Shown piece by piece: positions 15,105 through 29,808 of a DNA stretch of 64,000 nt. The notes beneath the pieces are model-generated. The model had not been told where the DNA came from. It ran no database searches and saw only the letters and a list, made by a program, of their open reading frames with translations. The position numbers and the translations under genes were made by a program. Origin of the DNA: Eledone cirrhosa (taxonomy: Eukaryota); assembly GCA_964016885.1 (NCBI GenBank), contig OZ024741.1, positions 202,802,001 through 202,866,000 on the forward strand. The letters are read 5' to 3'. Positions within the stretch are counted from its first letter, which is position 1; every line of letters starts with the position of its first letter.

Positions 15105-15915
15105 CGTTTTTAATTTAAGCACTAGGCCAGCAGTTTTTACTTATGGTGGTGGAGGAATAAATCGATTACATCGACTCCAGTATTTGACTGGTACTTAATT
15201 TCATTGATCCTAGAAGAATGAAAGGTAAAGCTGACCACGGTGGGATTTGAACTCAAAACGCAAAGAGCCAGAAAAAATGTCACGAGGCATTTTGTTAGAC
15301 GCTCAAATAATTCTGCTAATCTGCCGTCCTTAAAAGAATGAACGGCAAAATTGACCTCGGAGGAATTTGAACCGGGAACCTAAAGAGCCGGAATGATTAC
15401 CCGAACCATTTTGTCCGACACTCAAAAGAGTCTGCTAATCCAACATCGTTGAATATAGAAATAATAATGGTTTCTTATATAGGCACAAGGCCAGCAATTT
15501 TGGGGGAGGGGGAAGTCGATTAAATCGAGCCTAGTGCGTGACTGGTACTTTATTTTATCGACCCCGTAAGGATGAACGTCAAAGTTAACTTCGGCGGGAT
15601 TTGAACTCAGATCATAAAGGGCCGTAACTCTATGCTGCAAAGCATGGTGTCCGACTCTCTACCGATACTGCTAATCCACTGCCCTTAGAAATAATAATTG
15701 TTTCTACTTTTGGCACAAGGCCAGCAATTACCCAGTGCCTTACTGGTACTTTATTTTATCGACCCCGTAAGGATGAAAGGCAAAGTTAACCTCGGCGGGA
15801 TTTGAACTCAGACCGTAAAGGGACGTAACTATGCTGGAAAGCATGGCGTCCAACCCTCTACCGATACTGTCAATTCACCGCTCTTAGAAATAATAATAAT
15901 AATAATAATAATAAT
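15105..15915 (-). mobile_element. Tandem stack of about four SINE family A copies
   Basis: The GGATTTGAAC B-box (minus strand) recurs at ~15243, 15362, 15597 and 15798. The last copies are separated by TAGAAATAATAAT and the stack ends in (AAT)n. Further copies lie at ~4340, 11135, 13600, 19865, 21025, 22745, 37878 and 52060. Confidence 0.8.
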
Positions 15916-17300
15916 GTTTATTTGGAAAACTACGCACAAATAAAATAGAAAATAAAACCGAGTAAGAGGAAGAAGGAAATGAGGAAAGGGAAGTTGTCGA
16001 TTTAAGAACTGCAAAGAGATTTTAACTGCTGATTGTCAAGTAGATTTGGTTATGTTTAGGTCCATCAGGAAGTTAATAGCCCGTATACGTCCGCTGGCTA
16101 TACATACACTGCTTTCAAATCCTCTGTCTAAATTGCCTTTCAAGAACTCCGACATCAAGAATGCCTAAGATAGAATGAAATTACCATTTCCTCTGGGACA
16201 CTGATATAGAAGTATGGTTAAGAAGCTCATTTCACAATCGTTAGGTCCCGAGATCAATCCCACTGCGTTCACTATAGCCTTGGTTCGACTCATGCTTTCT
16301 ATATGAAATTGGGTAGACTGGAAATGTTTGGAAGCTCATCGTATGCACTATATCTGTCATTCAGCCTTGTCACATACTGTGTGACACTGAATCTCCATGA
16401 GAATTACGTTAATGGTAGATATGTCTGTGGAATACTCAGCCACTTACACTAACATGCATAATAGGCTGTATTTGTAATTCAAAGGACCAGCATTGCCACA
16501 CACTGTTACGATGAACCTCCTAAGGATTACAGTAAGGATATACATATCTGAAGAAAATGCTCAACTATCTGCTCTATAATACAAAATGGGTTGTACATAT
16601 AATTGAAAAGGTCAGCCTTATCACACATTGCGTCACGCTGGATTTCCTTGAAAATTACTTTAAGGGTACACGTGTTTGTGGCGTGCTCAGCCACATGCGC
16701 GTTAATTTTACGATGAGGCTGTTCCGTTGTTCCAAAAATCCGACAGCTCATCGTGGAAATCAACGGATTTCTATTCAATTCCACTAATTCCTCTGATAAA
16801 ATAAAAGCCTATATATTTTCTTTCTTGAAATACTACTTTCGGTGTTTGATAGGCCCAAAACACCAAACGCTGCACACCTATCAAATTCTATTTTATCCAC
16901 AATGGACTATTTTTCATTTCATTTATTTACAATATCATTTTAATAAAAAAGAAAGAGAGAAAAGAAAAAAAAGAAAGAAAAGAAAGAAGTGTGAGAGAAA
17001 TAGGTATGGAACAAACTCTACCCTTTTGGATAGACGGTGTGTCTCAGATGCAACCCACGAGGGACAAGATTATGAAAGCCTTGCCACGGAGGATGGCAAG
17101 CGGTGCCTGCTGCATCAGCCATCCTACATCATGCGGATTTCTTTTTTAGGTGTGATATTCTCCTCCCGATTTAGCAGGAGAAAATGAGAGTCCGAGGACC
17201 AAGATACCAAAGATCTCAATGGAAACTAGCATAACAAAGAATTGATAAGTCAATACCTGGTTTCTAATAATCTTCTGCTCCTCAGTAGCAGTCCGGGGAC

Positions 17301-17495
17301 CAGTGCCGGATTTACCATTGTGCTTAGGTGTGCTTAAGTATAGGGCCCCATTGGCCAGGAGAAGCCCATCATCCTGCCAAAAAAAAAATTTTGACGATGA
17401 ATTTTTCAAATGTTTTATCGGGACTACCTCCGTCAGGGCCCAAGTAAGTATAACTAAACTAGAATAGGGCCTCATTTGTCATAAATCCGGCACTG
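17301..17495. mobile_element. hAT-type MITE
   Basis: 14-bp TIR CAGTGCCGGATTTA / TAAATCCGGCACTG with perfect 8-bp TSD CCGGGGAC (17293-17300, 17496-17503). Confidence 0.9.
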
Positions 17496-18154
17496 CCGGG
17501 GACCGAGGACTTCAGAGGTTTCAATGGTGACCAAAACAATCAGTCGTTGCACTTCATGGAGCCCATTTTCAGGTGTGATGTCCATTACTTGAATTGGCGG
17601 GGAACGTGTGAGTCTGGGAATTGAGGATACCAGACGTCTGAATGGTGGACGAAAACGACACCAGAAGTCTCAAAGCTGAAACAATAAGGAAACAGCCAGT
17701 TTAGGCCTAGTATTTTAGTCATCTTCCGCTCTTCTGTGGCAGTCCGGGGATCAAAGACATCAGAGGTCTCGATGGTGGAAGAAAACGACAGTCCAGTGAC
17801 GGAGTGAACAATTGACTACATTAATAAAATACTCCAGGGTGAAAGTAAAGCAAATAAGATGTGATATTGTTGAATATTGACAAATACGATGTAATAATGT
17901 CCATTATTGACAAATATTTCTGGGATTTAGTTCATGAGGACACATTTTATCCTGTACTCCATTTTCAGATTCTTTATTTAATCGATTAAACATGTCGCCT
18001 GTATAAATCTATTGTTGTTTTGCTTGGTTAACTACACATATGGATTCTTTTCTGGAGTTATTTTCCAAATTTATGGATGCCGCACAATGCCCCTCAGTGT
18101 TAGACACCATATTACAATATTATATATATATATATATTTGTGTGTATGTGTGCG

Positions 18155-18186
<32 letters not shown>

Positions 18187-18712
18187 TCCCCCACCATATT
18201 CCCAACACTTCTATTTTATAAAGCAATGTTTTCACTCCATATGTCATTGATTATGTTATATTTTTCTACCATATCTTAGTTTAATTTCATTTAGCCAAAA
18301 TAAGTTCTTATCTGTAAAAACAAATCTCCTATGGATAAAAAAACCCAGCTATTAAAATTGCACACAACTCCCAGAAGGATTCAATTAGACTTAAACATGT
18401 AAGATACTTTACACTTCTAACATTTTTTTTAATCAGAAAATCTTGAGATGAATTATAGTTTTGTTATTCGAAAAGTGATATTTAAAATTCTGGTGTTAGA
18501 AACATTTAGTGGAGAGGCTTTAACTTTGAAAACGTTGAACTGTCTTTTACTATAGCCACGGACTGACCAATCCTCTCTCAATGAAATTTGGTAGACGGAA
18601 ACCAAGTAGATGCCTGTCATGTGTATGTATGTATATATTTATGTATGTATGTACGTATGAATGTATGTATGTATGCATGTATTTATTTATGTATTTATTT
18701 ATTTATATGTGT

Positions 18713-18990
18713 CAGGTCACCAGTTGGTGCTACTGGTAACATGTATCCCAGTACAACCTGTCTTATGGTCGGGTCGTTGGCGACTAAACTGGCAACCCCA
18801 CACAGGTTTCTTGGTGAGGAGGGTGACTTTGGACACCCTGCAGGACTAAAAACAAAACCTGTCAAAGGGCAAAGGAGCTCTTAAGAGTCAATGGCCATCC
18901 AAAATCATCGGGAGAGATGACCCCTTAGCCTTAGTCAAGGCAGAATTCTAGAAGAAAGAAAACTCTGATATAACACCTGCAACCCTGATG
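18713..18990 (+). mobile_element. Structured repeat, probable LINE (RTE-like) 5' leader
   Basis: Colinear version of the 1676-2058 repeat, with several hairpins. Confidence 0.5.
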
Positions 18991-20688
18991 GTATCCAATG
19001 ATGTTGACTTGTTCTTCTTTTTGGTAAATATCATCTTGGTTAAGAGAGTGGGACTGGCTTTGTGCAGTGCCTTTGCTCACTATAAAAGCTTCACGGCACA
19101 GGCATTGCTATATATCTGGAGATCTCTCTGCACTTGTCGTCACATGGTACCATGGGTCCAGCACTATGTGTCAATAATTGTCACAAGTGTAGTGTTTGTA
19201 CCAGAGTTTTCAAGTCGCTGGCTGGACTAAAAAGTCACACTCGTTCAGCGCATCGGTAGGGGTTCTCCTACATGGATATAAAGTAGTGGCCGTACTCGAA
19301 AACGAGTTGGCAGCCACCATGTATGTATGTATGCATGTATGTATGTACGTACATATGTATGTATTATATATGTATGTACGTACGTATGTATATGCATGCA
19401 CATGTGTGTGTTTGTGTTGACGTTTGCTGATTTTTTATGTCCCGTAACTTAAGGGTTCCACAAAAAGAAATTGATGAAATAAGTACCGGGGTCGCTATGA
19501 TCGACTATAATCTCTTCAAGGCAGTGACCCAGCATGACCACCGTCTAATGACTGAAACAAGTAAAAAAGAAGAAAAATGAATACTATTTAAAACACCCCA
19601 TTTCCTATTAAATTATATTCTTAAACATTTTACATGAAATCGTCCGTAGGATCAAATTATATTTTATAATGAGGACATTAAATTCGGAAAGAGTATGCTT
19701 AAACACACCAGATGTGTTCCAGCCTATTTGAAACTCTATAAAATATTGCATATACATCATCTGGTCTGAAGTTGGTCAGATTTCAACCCTAATGTCACCA
19801 AATTTCTAACAAGAAATACGTTCCGCATTTATGTTTTAAGTTATAAAATTTCATAAGTTCACAATAATTGTTTCTAATTGAGGCACAGAGTCAGTAATTT
19901 CGGGAGAAGTTAATTTTATCTATCCCGTACTTGACTGGTACTTTTTTTTATTGACACTCGGAAGGATGAAATGCAAAATTGACCTCGGTGGGATTTGAAC
20001 CCAGAACTCAGTCGCAATTAAATACCTCGAGTCATTTTGTCCGACACTCTAACGATTCTGCTAATTCAACGCTTCTATCTAACGTCTAATAATTACTTCT
20101 AATTTAAGCATAAGACCCAACATTTGTGAGGAGGGCAATGTCGATTATATGAACCTTAGTAGTTCACTGGTACTTTATTTTATCGTCGTCCGGAAGGACG
20201 AAATGCAAACTTAAACGGTCGTAATTAAATCTCACGTGGCATTTTGTTGAGACTGCAAGCCCCTATCTTGCAAGTAATCATGAAATTTCAATCAAGGATT
20301 TAAATTTGAACACTTTACTGGATGTAGTTTCGGGCAGGTTGGTGTTGAAAGGGTAAAACTTGCCTTTTGTTAGGCATAAAACCAACCTTTAAAAGGTATA
20401 AGGAAAATAGTTATGGGTAAATACCTATGAACCCAACCTCACACCTTCATTACTTTGGGAAAGAATATTCAACATTAGAAATAGGAGTCTCTGTTTGTCG
20501 GTTCCGACGGTGAGTGTTTCATTTGATGCCATCAACGGAACAGCCTTCTCGCGAAATGAACGTGCAAATGGTTTAGCATTCCAGAGACACGTATACTGTT
20601 AATGTTCGCAGGAAGAATAAGCGTGAAACAGTGTATAACGAGGCAGAACTTGAATTACAGGTATAACTCATCCTTTTTAGCTGAGTGG

Positions 20689-20876
20689 CAGACCTGCCAA
20701 CCTCTAAAAACCAAAATGAAGATGACCATCAAATGAAGTGCCCCCAAACGGGGAGAAATGAGACAAAATGGGGAAATTTTACATAATGAAAGCTATACCC
20801 ATTTTTACAAGAGATCTCACCCACCCCAAATTTAATGGAGGATCCCCCCGTCGGAGGGGGAGAGTTGACAGGTCTG
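20689..20876. mobile_element. MITE inserted in a family B SINE
   Basis: TIR CAGACCTGCCAAC..TCT / AGAGTTGACAGGTCTG; second copy at 27625-27801. Confidence 0.75.
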
Positions 20877-21633
20877 GATTGGATTGGAGCATCGTGAATT
20901 AAAGTGTCTTGCTCAAGGAGAAAACGTGCATCAGGGAATCGAATGCATGGCGTTACGCTCGTCAGCCGCAAAACCTAACCACTAAGCCAGACACGCCTTT
21001 ATAGATAGGGGGGGGGGGGGCGGGTAGGGCGACCGATTTGGCAGAGTCATTAAAGCGTTGGATATTTGTTTTGAGACCTTGTGTTCTGAGTTCAAATCTC
21101 GCCAAAGTTCACTTGGCTTTTCATCCTTTCTGGGTCGATAAAGAAAGTACCAAGTTAGTGCTGGTGCAAATCTCTCTCTCTTCTTCCAGCTGTCACATCG
21201 TAGAAGACCCCCTGATCAAAGGAAGAAAGCACCGAAAAGGTGTCTTCGTCTGCTCGCAGCTGCATAGGCACATAAAACCCTTAGCGAAAGTATGATACAT
21301 AGTACTAAATGAAACTCAATTGCGATTGATGGCTGCAATAGTATTTTTTTTTTGTTATGCTCTAGGGGAATTCTTATAAATCCCCGTGGATTTCCATTCC
21401 ATAAATTATCTTGTAAAGATGGAAAAATTAACAGAATTGAGGTGACAGAATGAAACCAAGACAAACTAGAAAAAGTTGAATACATTTTTTGTTGTAACTA
21501 ATATCAGTCGATATCTTCAGCCCAACGTCTGCAATAAAACATGTTAACACATTTATGTTAGAAACCACTGTCGTGGTGGTTGTATTCTTGTATAGCAACT
21601 CTCTCTCCTTTATCCATATTTCCCCCTCTTCCG

Positions 21634-21687
<54 letters not shown>

Positions 21688-22611
21688 GTATGTATGCGTT
21701 TTTAGAGAGAGAGAGAAGGGGTGAAGAGCCGTACATATACATACTGAAATTTCACTCAACAGTTTACGGAGGTTGGGAATATGGCAATATGTTTTGACTT
21801 GGAAACACATGTAACATAATGGGTTTACAAGATATTATTTAATTCATGTGAATAAATATAAGCTATGAATAGTGATTAGATAGTCAGTAACCCTCGCCGT
21901 AAACTAATCAACGGGAAATCAAAAAAGTTCAATTAGCTTGGTTCTTACCTGTCCTGCTCGATGGAGACCCGGGGTGATTAAATGTGGTTTCTAAGTATTT
22001 CAAAACAGACAGCAGACTTTTGTTGCGTTGGTTGGAATATTACACGCAGCTGCGAAAATGAAATACGGCTACTTCTGTATGGATATGCCATCTGTTGCTA
22101 GTGCCCTTTAATTAGTGTCGTCGATATCATCTAAGAGGCCGGAATGTAGACACCCCGCTTCGGACCCGAAGGACGGCCATGGCTTACCTACAACAACAAC
22201 AACACCGAAATAATATGCAATGTTGTTTCATAAATATGCGTAGCAGTATGTTTCTGAAATTGTCTAGGGATGTAGATTGACATGTTAGGCGTGATAATTA
22301 ATCTAAGAATATTATATAAAGGCGTTTGAGTTAGACTGATGTTTTTTTTAAAAATAACCTTCCACCCAACTATAAGAAATGAAAAGGAAAGGAACGGAAC
22401 CAATCTTTCAGATCGAACGAAGGAAATGATTTTCTCATGGTTGAAAGAATTTTCTCTGGTGCTATCTGTCAGTTAAAACTCCAGATAGAAGCGTCATCCC
22501 TTTTTCTAGTGACAAGAGCCAGGATTTGAACTCAGAAAGCACAGAGCAGGAGCAGATACGGCAAATCATCCCAGTTGCGGCAAAGCATTCGACTTTTTAT
22601 AATAACCCCTC

Positions 22612-22693
22612 CGGAACCCAAGTTATCAACCTCCTCGCTGAGGATCCTGGAAACTGATCACTAATCTCTGATTTCGATTAGGCGAACGACAAC
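22612..22693 (+). ncRNA. Degenerate HDV-like ribozyme
   Basis: CGGAACC(P1)..GTTATC(P2) CAACCTCCTCGCTG(P3/L3) A GGATCCT(P1') GG..CTAATC/GATTAG(P4) GCGAA CGACAAC(P2'); compare HDV CAGCCUCCUCGCUG..GGCGAA. Confidence 0.6.
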
Positions 22694-23844
22694 CTGAAAC
22701 AACAACATACGCAAGAAGATAATTTCTCCACCCCATCTGATATGGTATATTATTTATCGATCCCGGAAGGATGAAAAGCAAAGTTGATCTCAGCAGGATT
22801 TGAACATAGAGTGCAGAAAGCCAGAAGAAATATCAATGCTATTAATCCGATGCTCAAATGAGTCTGCCAATTCACCACCTCGGCTCTTCAGCTCCCCAAA
22901 CATTAAAAATCAACTACTTATTTTTAAAGTTTTTTCTTTCTAAATTGAGTTATCAATGAGATCCCCTAGGGTGCATTCTGTTGGCCAGATACGGCAATAA
23001 TCAAACAGGTTAATTTCGTACTTAGCACATGATATCTCATTCTGAAATCTAATGTCATGGCTGAAATTTCATTACGGATATTTATGACATTTTTGTTTTG
23101 TATCCATTTATTTTATATTCCGAATTAATGTCATATCTAACTATTCCATCAGCTGCTCGGTATTTTATTTTCACAGATAAGACCCTTCAGAAATACGGAC
23201 ACACCCTTTCTTTATTGGCTGCAATGCCTGGAATGACATAGTGTAGCTAGAACTGAAAAAAAAATCTTTAAATAAACCAGGAATATTTGGAAAGTAACAA
23301 AAGGACAATGATTTTAAAGTATTTCACATGGTATATATTACTTATAATTATCGAGAAAAAAAAACACTGAAATATTGACACGTAAATTAGAGCTATACGA
23401 TAAGCACTTAGCAACACATTAAAAGCAAAGCAATAAAATTAATTTAAAATATGCCCTTTAGATTTTATCTAAAATATAATCCAAATTCATATTTCATCTA
23501 ATATTTTCAGATGTCACGTGTATAAGTGGAAAATTTAGTAGTTCAAAACTTGTTATGTACTTTAATATTAAATTCTAAAGCGGGGGTAGAATCTTTACAA
23601 ACAATAATGATGGATTAAATTGCCCTCAACAACAAATTTGTACCCCCAGATTTGTTGAGGGTGGATGGTTATGTCTTGAGTGGCTAATGAATTCTATGCA
23701 TGACCTACACTACCTGTTGCATTTATGTCAGATGTGCTACTGTTGTGTGGATGATGATGAACATGATGGAGTGGGCCTGCGTGCAGCGGTGGGTTGTATC
23801 TTTCAACAGGCTACAAGCCTGCCTTTGTGATCCCTCTCATATAA

Positions 23845-24760
23845 GGGTGGAGGAACTCAGGAGTGTCAAAGTCCTCCAATTGTGTGTAAAACAAAAAAAA
23901 AGAAGAGGATTCCAGAAGACTCCAGAAGGTAGTTCAGCAGGGCTAACAGGGCCAGGGGGCAACACGGGAAGGTGCAGTCCAGAAGTGTCACAGTTGGAAT
24001 GACTTGTGGGATATTGTGCATCTCTGAATCAGTTATCACCTCAGATCTGTCTATGATCTCCTGCCCTCGAATACGAATTTAGTCAAGTGGGGAAAAATCA
24101 GATAATCCTGAGTGTCCTCTCTACCAGGATAGACAAACAGTGGAACACGTTCTGAGCTCATGCAGAGTAGCACTAGCCCAGGGTAGCTACACGTGGAGAC
24201 ACAATCAAGTGCTGAAGGAGTTCGTACATATGATAAGTACGGCAAAAGTAAAATCCGTAGTACGAGAATCTCCAGCAACATTTTATACGGGGGGGGGAGG
24301 CAGCAAATCATGGCCAGGAAAAGCTATGCCATACAGGACACGGGGATCGTATCTTCTGTGTGATGCGGACGACTGGGAGTATATAGCAGACCCCCAGGAT
24401 CAGCAAAACAACCAGAAATCATCAGAAAGAGTGGTTTGAGGTCGGATATCGTACTCCGTTCCAGTTGATCTAAATAGCTGATTTAGATTGAACTTACCCT
24501 GCCATTTGGAATTAGATTAGAAGAAGCACACGTATTCAAGATAAAAAAAATTCGCCAGTTTGGTCAACAGCCCGAGGGAAGCTGACTTCCGAGTCAAAGT
24601 CCTCGCCATAGAAGTTGGAACCAGAGGCTTTGTGGACAAATCTCCCATGAAACAACTTTCAGTCTCTGGGAAAACAAGGACCAATGCTCTAAAGGCAGCG
24701 GAAAAGAGTTCCAGGTGGATTTGGTCGAGAAGGAACAAAAACAACCTCCATACCACGCGA
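23845..24760 (+). pseudogene. Decayed 3' part of an RLE-type non-LTR retrotransposon (HERO-like)
   Basis: Broken frames give SWNDLW..LRSVYDLLPSNTNLVKWG..CP..EHVLSSCRVALAQGSYTWRHNQVL (CCHC region), LRSDIV..IELTLP..AIEVGTRGF (PD-D/ExK-type endonuclease). Confidence 0.8.
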
Positions 24761-25007
24761 GAGGCACCGTGTTTATTTTCTAACGCACCCCAAGGGTCGT
24801 AACTCTGAGTCAGTCGTGATTTGTAGTGCTGGCGACAGTAAGTTGATATCTCACCGCTACCATGACTACGAACATTATTTTTCCAATTCAAGAAAGCCTT
24901 TAAATATAAGTTTGAAATCAGAGGCAACGGAAAGAAGTTCCGACTAGATCCTGTCAACAAGTCTCCTATTTCCGAATGGCTAAATGTCAGCAGAAGGGCA
25001 CCCATAA

Positions 25008-25061
25008 ATGGTATACACAACTGCTATTTAATACCCGAGCAACGCCGGGTACCTCTGCTAG
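25008..25061 (+). mobile_element. Helitron-type 3' terminus
   Basis: CCCGAGCAACGCCGGG hairpin followed by TACCTCTGCTAG|T. Confidence 0.65.
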
Positions 25062-25385
25062 TATACATATATATACACACACACACCGCGTCATAATGTC
25101 GTAATGCAGACAGCCAGACATACAGACAGATATTATAAGGGCGCAACGTTATATCTATGTATCTATCTAAAAAGGGAAAGACTAAGAATTATAGAGAGAG
25201 ATTGCTAAATCGCCTAATGCACTCCCTTATGCATTGAAAATTTGAAATTTCTTTTTCTCAAAACACTCACAGGACTATAAGTATTACATGTGTAAAGTTT
25301 GAAAACAATCGGTTGGGTGGTTCTCGAGTTTTAGTGAGCTGACAGATAGACAGACAGACAGACATACAGACATTCTCTGTTTTAG

Positions 25386-26233
<848 letters not shown>

Positions 26234-26242
26234 ATATATATA

Positions 26243-26669
26243 TATGAAAAAAGTTTGTCCTTCATCAGTGATCTTCCAACCATCATAGGCATTTCATCGC
26301 TTTAAAGACCATATACCTCCGGTTGGTGCGAGCAACGGCTAAAAAAAGTCGTTGGGACACGTAAATAAGACCTGTGCGAAATTCCTTCCTTGCTCACATT
26401 TCAACCAGGTTTGATGGTCTTTATTCTCTCGTTCACGATTTCACCGAATTTAAATTCATAGAAATTTGGGACTTCTTCCTCACTTTCTTTTGTTTGTTTA
26501 CACTCGCGTCTCCTTTATTTACGTGTCCCAACGACTTTTTTTAGCCGTTGCTCGCACCAACCGGAGGTATATGGTCTTTTAAAGGGATGAAATGCCTATG
26601 ATGGTTGGAAGATCACTGATGAAGGACTAACTTTTTTCATATGTAACCCATTTGCAACTCCGCAGCACC

Positions 26670-26672
<3 letters not shown>
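26243..26672. mobile_element. Second, diverged fold-back copy of the 2361-3248 family
   Basis: Arms 26243-26368 and 26369-26672 have the same short and long termini as the first copy; (TA)n on both sides. Confidence 0.8.
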
Positions 26673-26743
<71 letters not shown>

Positions 26744-27624
26744 TATTGACTGACGCGAGAATGAGCATTCATTACCAAAGTAGAGTTAAACATTTTTTAT
26801 TATGGCTAAGAGGTGAGCTTCGTTATTCTTGAGTTCCACCTGCGCACTTATAAGATCATCAACTCCAGAGTAACAAGATTCACCACTTAGCTATATTAAT
26901 TAGTATATATACGTTGATATTCGTGAGAAGTCATTCCTTTATCATTGTTATCCAAATATATTTCGTGACTCTATTCTAAAATATTTTAGAAAAATGTTAT
27001 CTCACCAACCATATAAACGAATATATTGCGTAATATGGATTTATAAATAACGGACAGTGTTTTGAATCTCGGTCAGTTCTGATGAGGAGTGTTTCAGCAG
27101 TTGAATCAACAGAACAGTTTGCGCGTGATGTTAACGTGTATTCCACAAATATATGCACCTTTGACGTAACTCTCAGATACAAGGACAACCCTTTAATTAT
27201 AAGTAGCCCACCCTCTATTATAATGTAAGTAGTTGCGTATTCCACAGACACGCGTACCCTTACCGTAATTCTTAAAGAAGATTCAGCGTGACACAGTGTA
27301 TAACATGGCTGACCCTTTGAATTACAAGTACTTATAAAGGCATCCCACATGTTATGGGATCAGTGACAATGAAAGTGGTAATAATTGTAGACAGCTTTAT
27401 CAACTGTACAGTAAGTAGTTGATGTACCAACAATATCCACAGTAATAATTGTAGATTTTGTTTTATTAATCGTACAACAGTAGATGTACCAGTAATATCT
27501 ACAGCCATAGTAAAAGGCAAAAACAGAAGCAACACCCAGGAGTAGCTACCACTGCAGTAACAACTGCTGCAAGACGAATTCTATAGAAAACCAAAGTATT
27601 ACCCCAGTGGCTTTAAGCTTTTTC

Positions 27625-27801
27625 CAGACTTGCCAAACTCTAAAAAGCCAAACGAGGAGTACCATGAAAAAAAAGTACTCCAAAACGGGGAGAAATGAGG
27701 CACAATGGGGAGATTTTACATAATGAAAGCTATACCCATTTTCACAAGCGAATACATCTCCCACCTACCCCAAAGTGGGACGGGGAGAGTTGATAGGTCT
27801 G
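27625..27801. mobile_element. MITE (same family as 20689-20876)
   Basis: TIRs CAGACTTGCCAAAC / GTTGATAGGTCTG, shared interior, imperfect CTTTT(T)C flanks. Confidence 0.75.
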
Positions 27802-27888
27802 CTTTTCACTTCCAGGGAGCCCTATTATGTAATGGAATTTTCCGATGAATCCTCCATTACTCTCTCCCTTAATTTGTTATACTTCAAT

Positions 27889-28262
27889 GAGAATAATAAT
27901 AAAGAGCAAAAAATGTTTATACTTAGAGAAGAATCGATAGCCATTAGCGTGTGTATATATAATGCTTTCTACAAAGTATTTGAAATAGCTATGCACTGAG
28001 AATAGCAATCAAAAGATAGAAATATTTATACTTTTGAGGAAAATGGATACCCAATAGTCTGTGTGTATATTATGTTTATGAAAAAAGTACTTGAAATTCT
28101 TATATAGTGAAAATAACAACCGAAAGAGAAATGTTTATAATTAAAGAAGAATGGACACCCAATAGTTTGTATATATATCATGTTTTTTAAAAAAATATTA
28201 GAAATTGTTATACAGTGAAAATAACAATGGAAACAGAGATATGTTTAAACTTAGAAAAGAAT
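27889..28262. repeat. Degenerate ~109-bp tandem repeat, about 3.4 units
   Basis: TGA(G/A)AATAACAA..ATGTTTATACTT..GAAGAAT recurs near 27889, 27998, 28108 and 28217. Confidence 0.7.
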
Positions 28263-28730
28263 GCGTCCCCTCGCTATTCTCGGGGGTAACGTATTCTGTA
28301 TTCTGCCTACTGGGACCATGAGGCGGCATGCGTCTGACGTTCTGGAAGTCGGGAAACATTCTCCCAGATTGTCCAGGCATATATGATTCTGGTGGTATGT
28401 GTACTTTACACACAAACACACACACACACATATATATATAATTGTATTAATATATATATACATATACATAAATATAAAAAATGTGGGTAATATCAAATAT
28501 TATCCAATTACAAGTATATGCTTGGATGAAACGATCGTTAGTAATTAAATGTTCTTAAACACTCTTTCATTGTTATTCATAACGTATATATATATATATA
28601 TGCATGTATGCATGTATGCATGTATGTATGTGTGTGTGTGTATGTGTGTTGTGTGTGTGTGTAATAATAATAATAAAAAGGACGATTTGTTATGTCTTCA
28701 TTACGTTTATTGAGTAGTGACACACGTTTC

Positions 28731-28809
<79 letters not shown>

Positions 28810-29097
28810 TAGAGCAAACATCACGGGCGCTCTATCTCAAAATTATTTTTGAAAAGCATTAGAAATGTGCAACCGGTAAAAACTTAAAACTAAAACTGAA
28901 TACTAACCAGTAATTATTACTAATTTTTACTTATTACTAATTAAACTATTTTTCACTGAGAAAAATTTGTCAGCATTTTCTTTTCCTTTTACTAATATAT
29001 ATATATATATATATATTGAGTATATGTTGGTTGTATACCAACACCTCAGTATGCAGATTGGAGCACTCGACGAGGTGCGCATTTGACTTATTTATTT

Positions 29098-29146
<49 letters not shown>

Positions 29147-29149
<3 letters not shown>

Positions 29150-29341
29150 CGAAGGAAACCAAGTGGACCATAACGCACCAAAGTACTCAATACTTAGGGT
29201 AGTAGAGTGGGTAATAGGAACGAGTAGGACCCCGATGGCTGAGCTCAAGCCGTTTCGACGGCTAATTCTGGACTGAAGTAGAGTCCAGAATTAGCCGTCG
29301 AAACGGCTTGAGCTCAGCCGTCGGGGTCCTACTCGTTCCTA
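29147..29341. mobile_element. Fold-back copy of the 3364 family in (TA)n
   Basis: Near-perfect palindrome ~29214-29341 plus a ~65-nt one-sided extension. Confidence 0.75.
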
Positions 29342-29358
29342 TATATATATATATATTT

Positions 29359-29410
<52 letters not shown>

Positions 29411-29438
29411 TCAATAGAGTGCTCAAATTTATTATTAT

Positions 29439-29510
<72 letters not shown>

Positions 29511-29521
29511 TTATATATATG

Positions 29522-29552
<31 letters not shown>

Positions 29553-29557
29553 ATATC

Positions 29558-29808
29558 GTATGGACATGTGATGCGCATGGAGGATGACCACTGGGTAAAG
29601 AAGTGCCAAGAAATGTCAGTTGAAGGAAGACGTAGTATAGGTAGACCAGGAAAAACATGGGCGGAGGTGGTGAGAGCAGGCCTCAGATCGCTGAAATTCA
29701 CCGAGGAGATGACGAAGGACCGTGACTGAGATGCTGTGCTGAATAGGACCCGTCCAAACCTTCCAAGCAGGGAAAAGCGGACGTCAAATGATGATGATGA
29801 AAATGATG

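Noticed and set aside
15105-15915. CRISPR-like or regularly spaced repeat array
   Set aside because: The units are whole SINE copies with no unique spacers, in a eukaryotic context.
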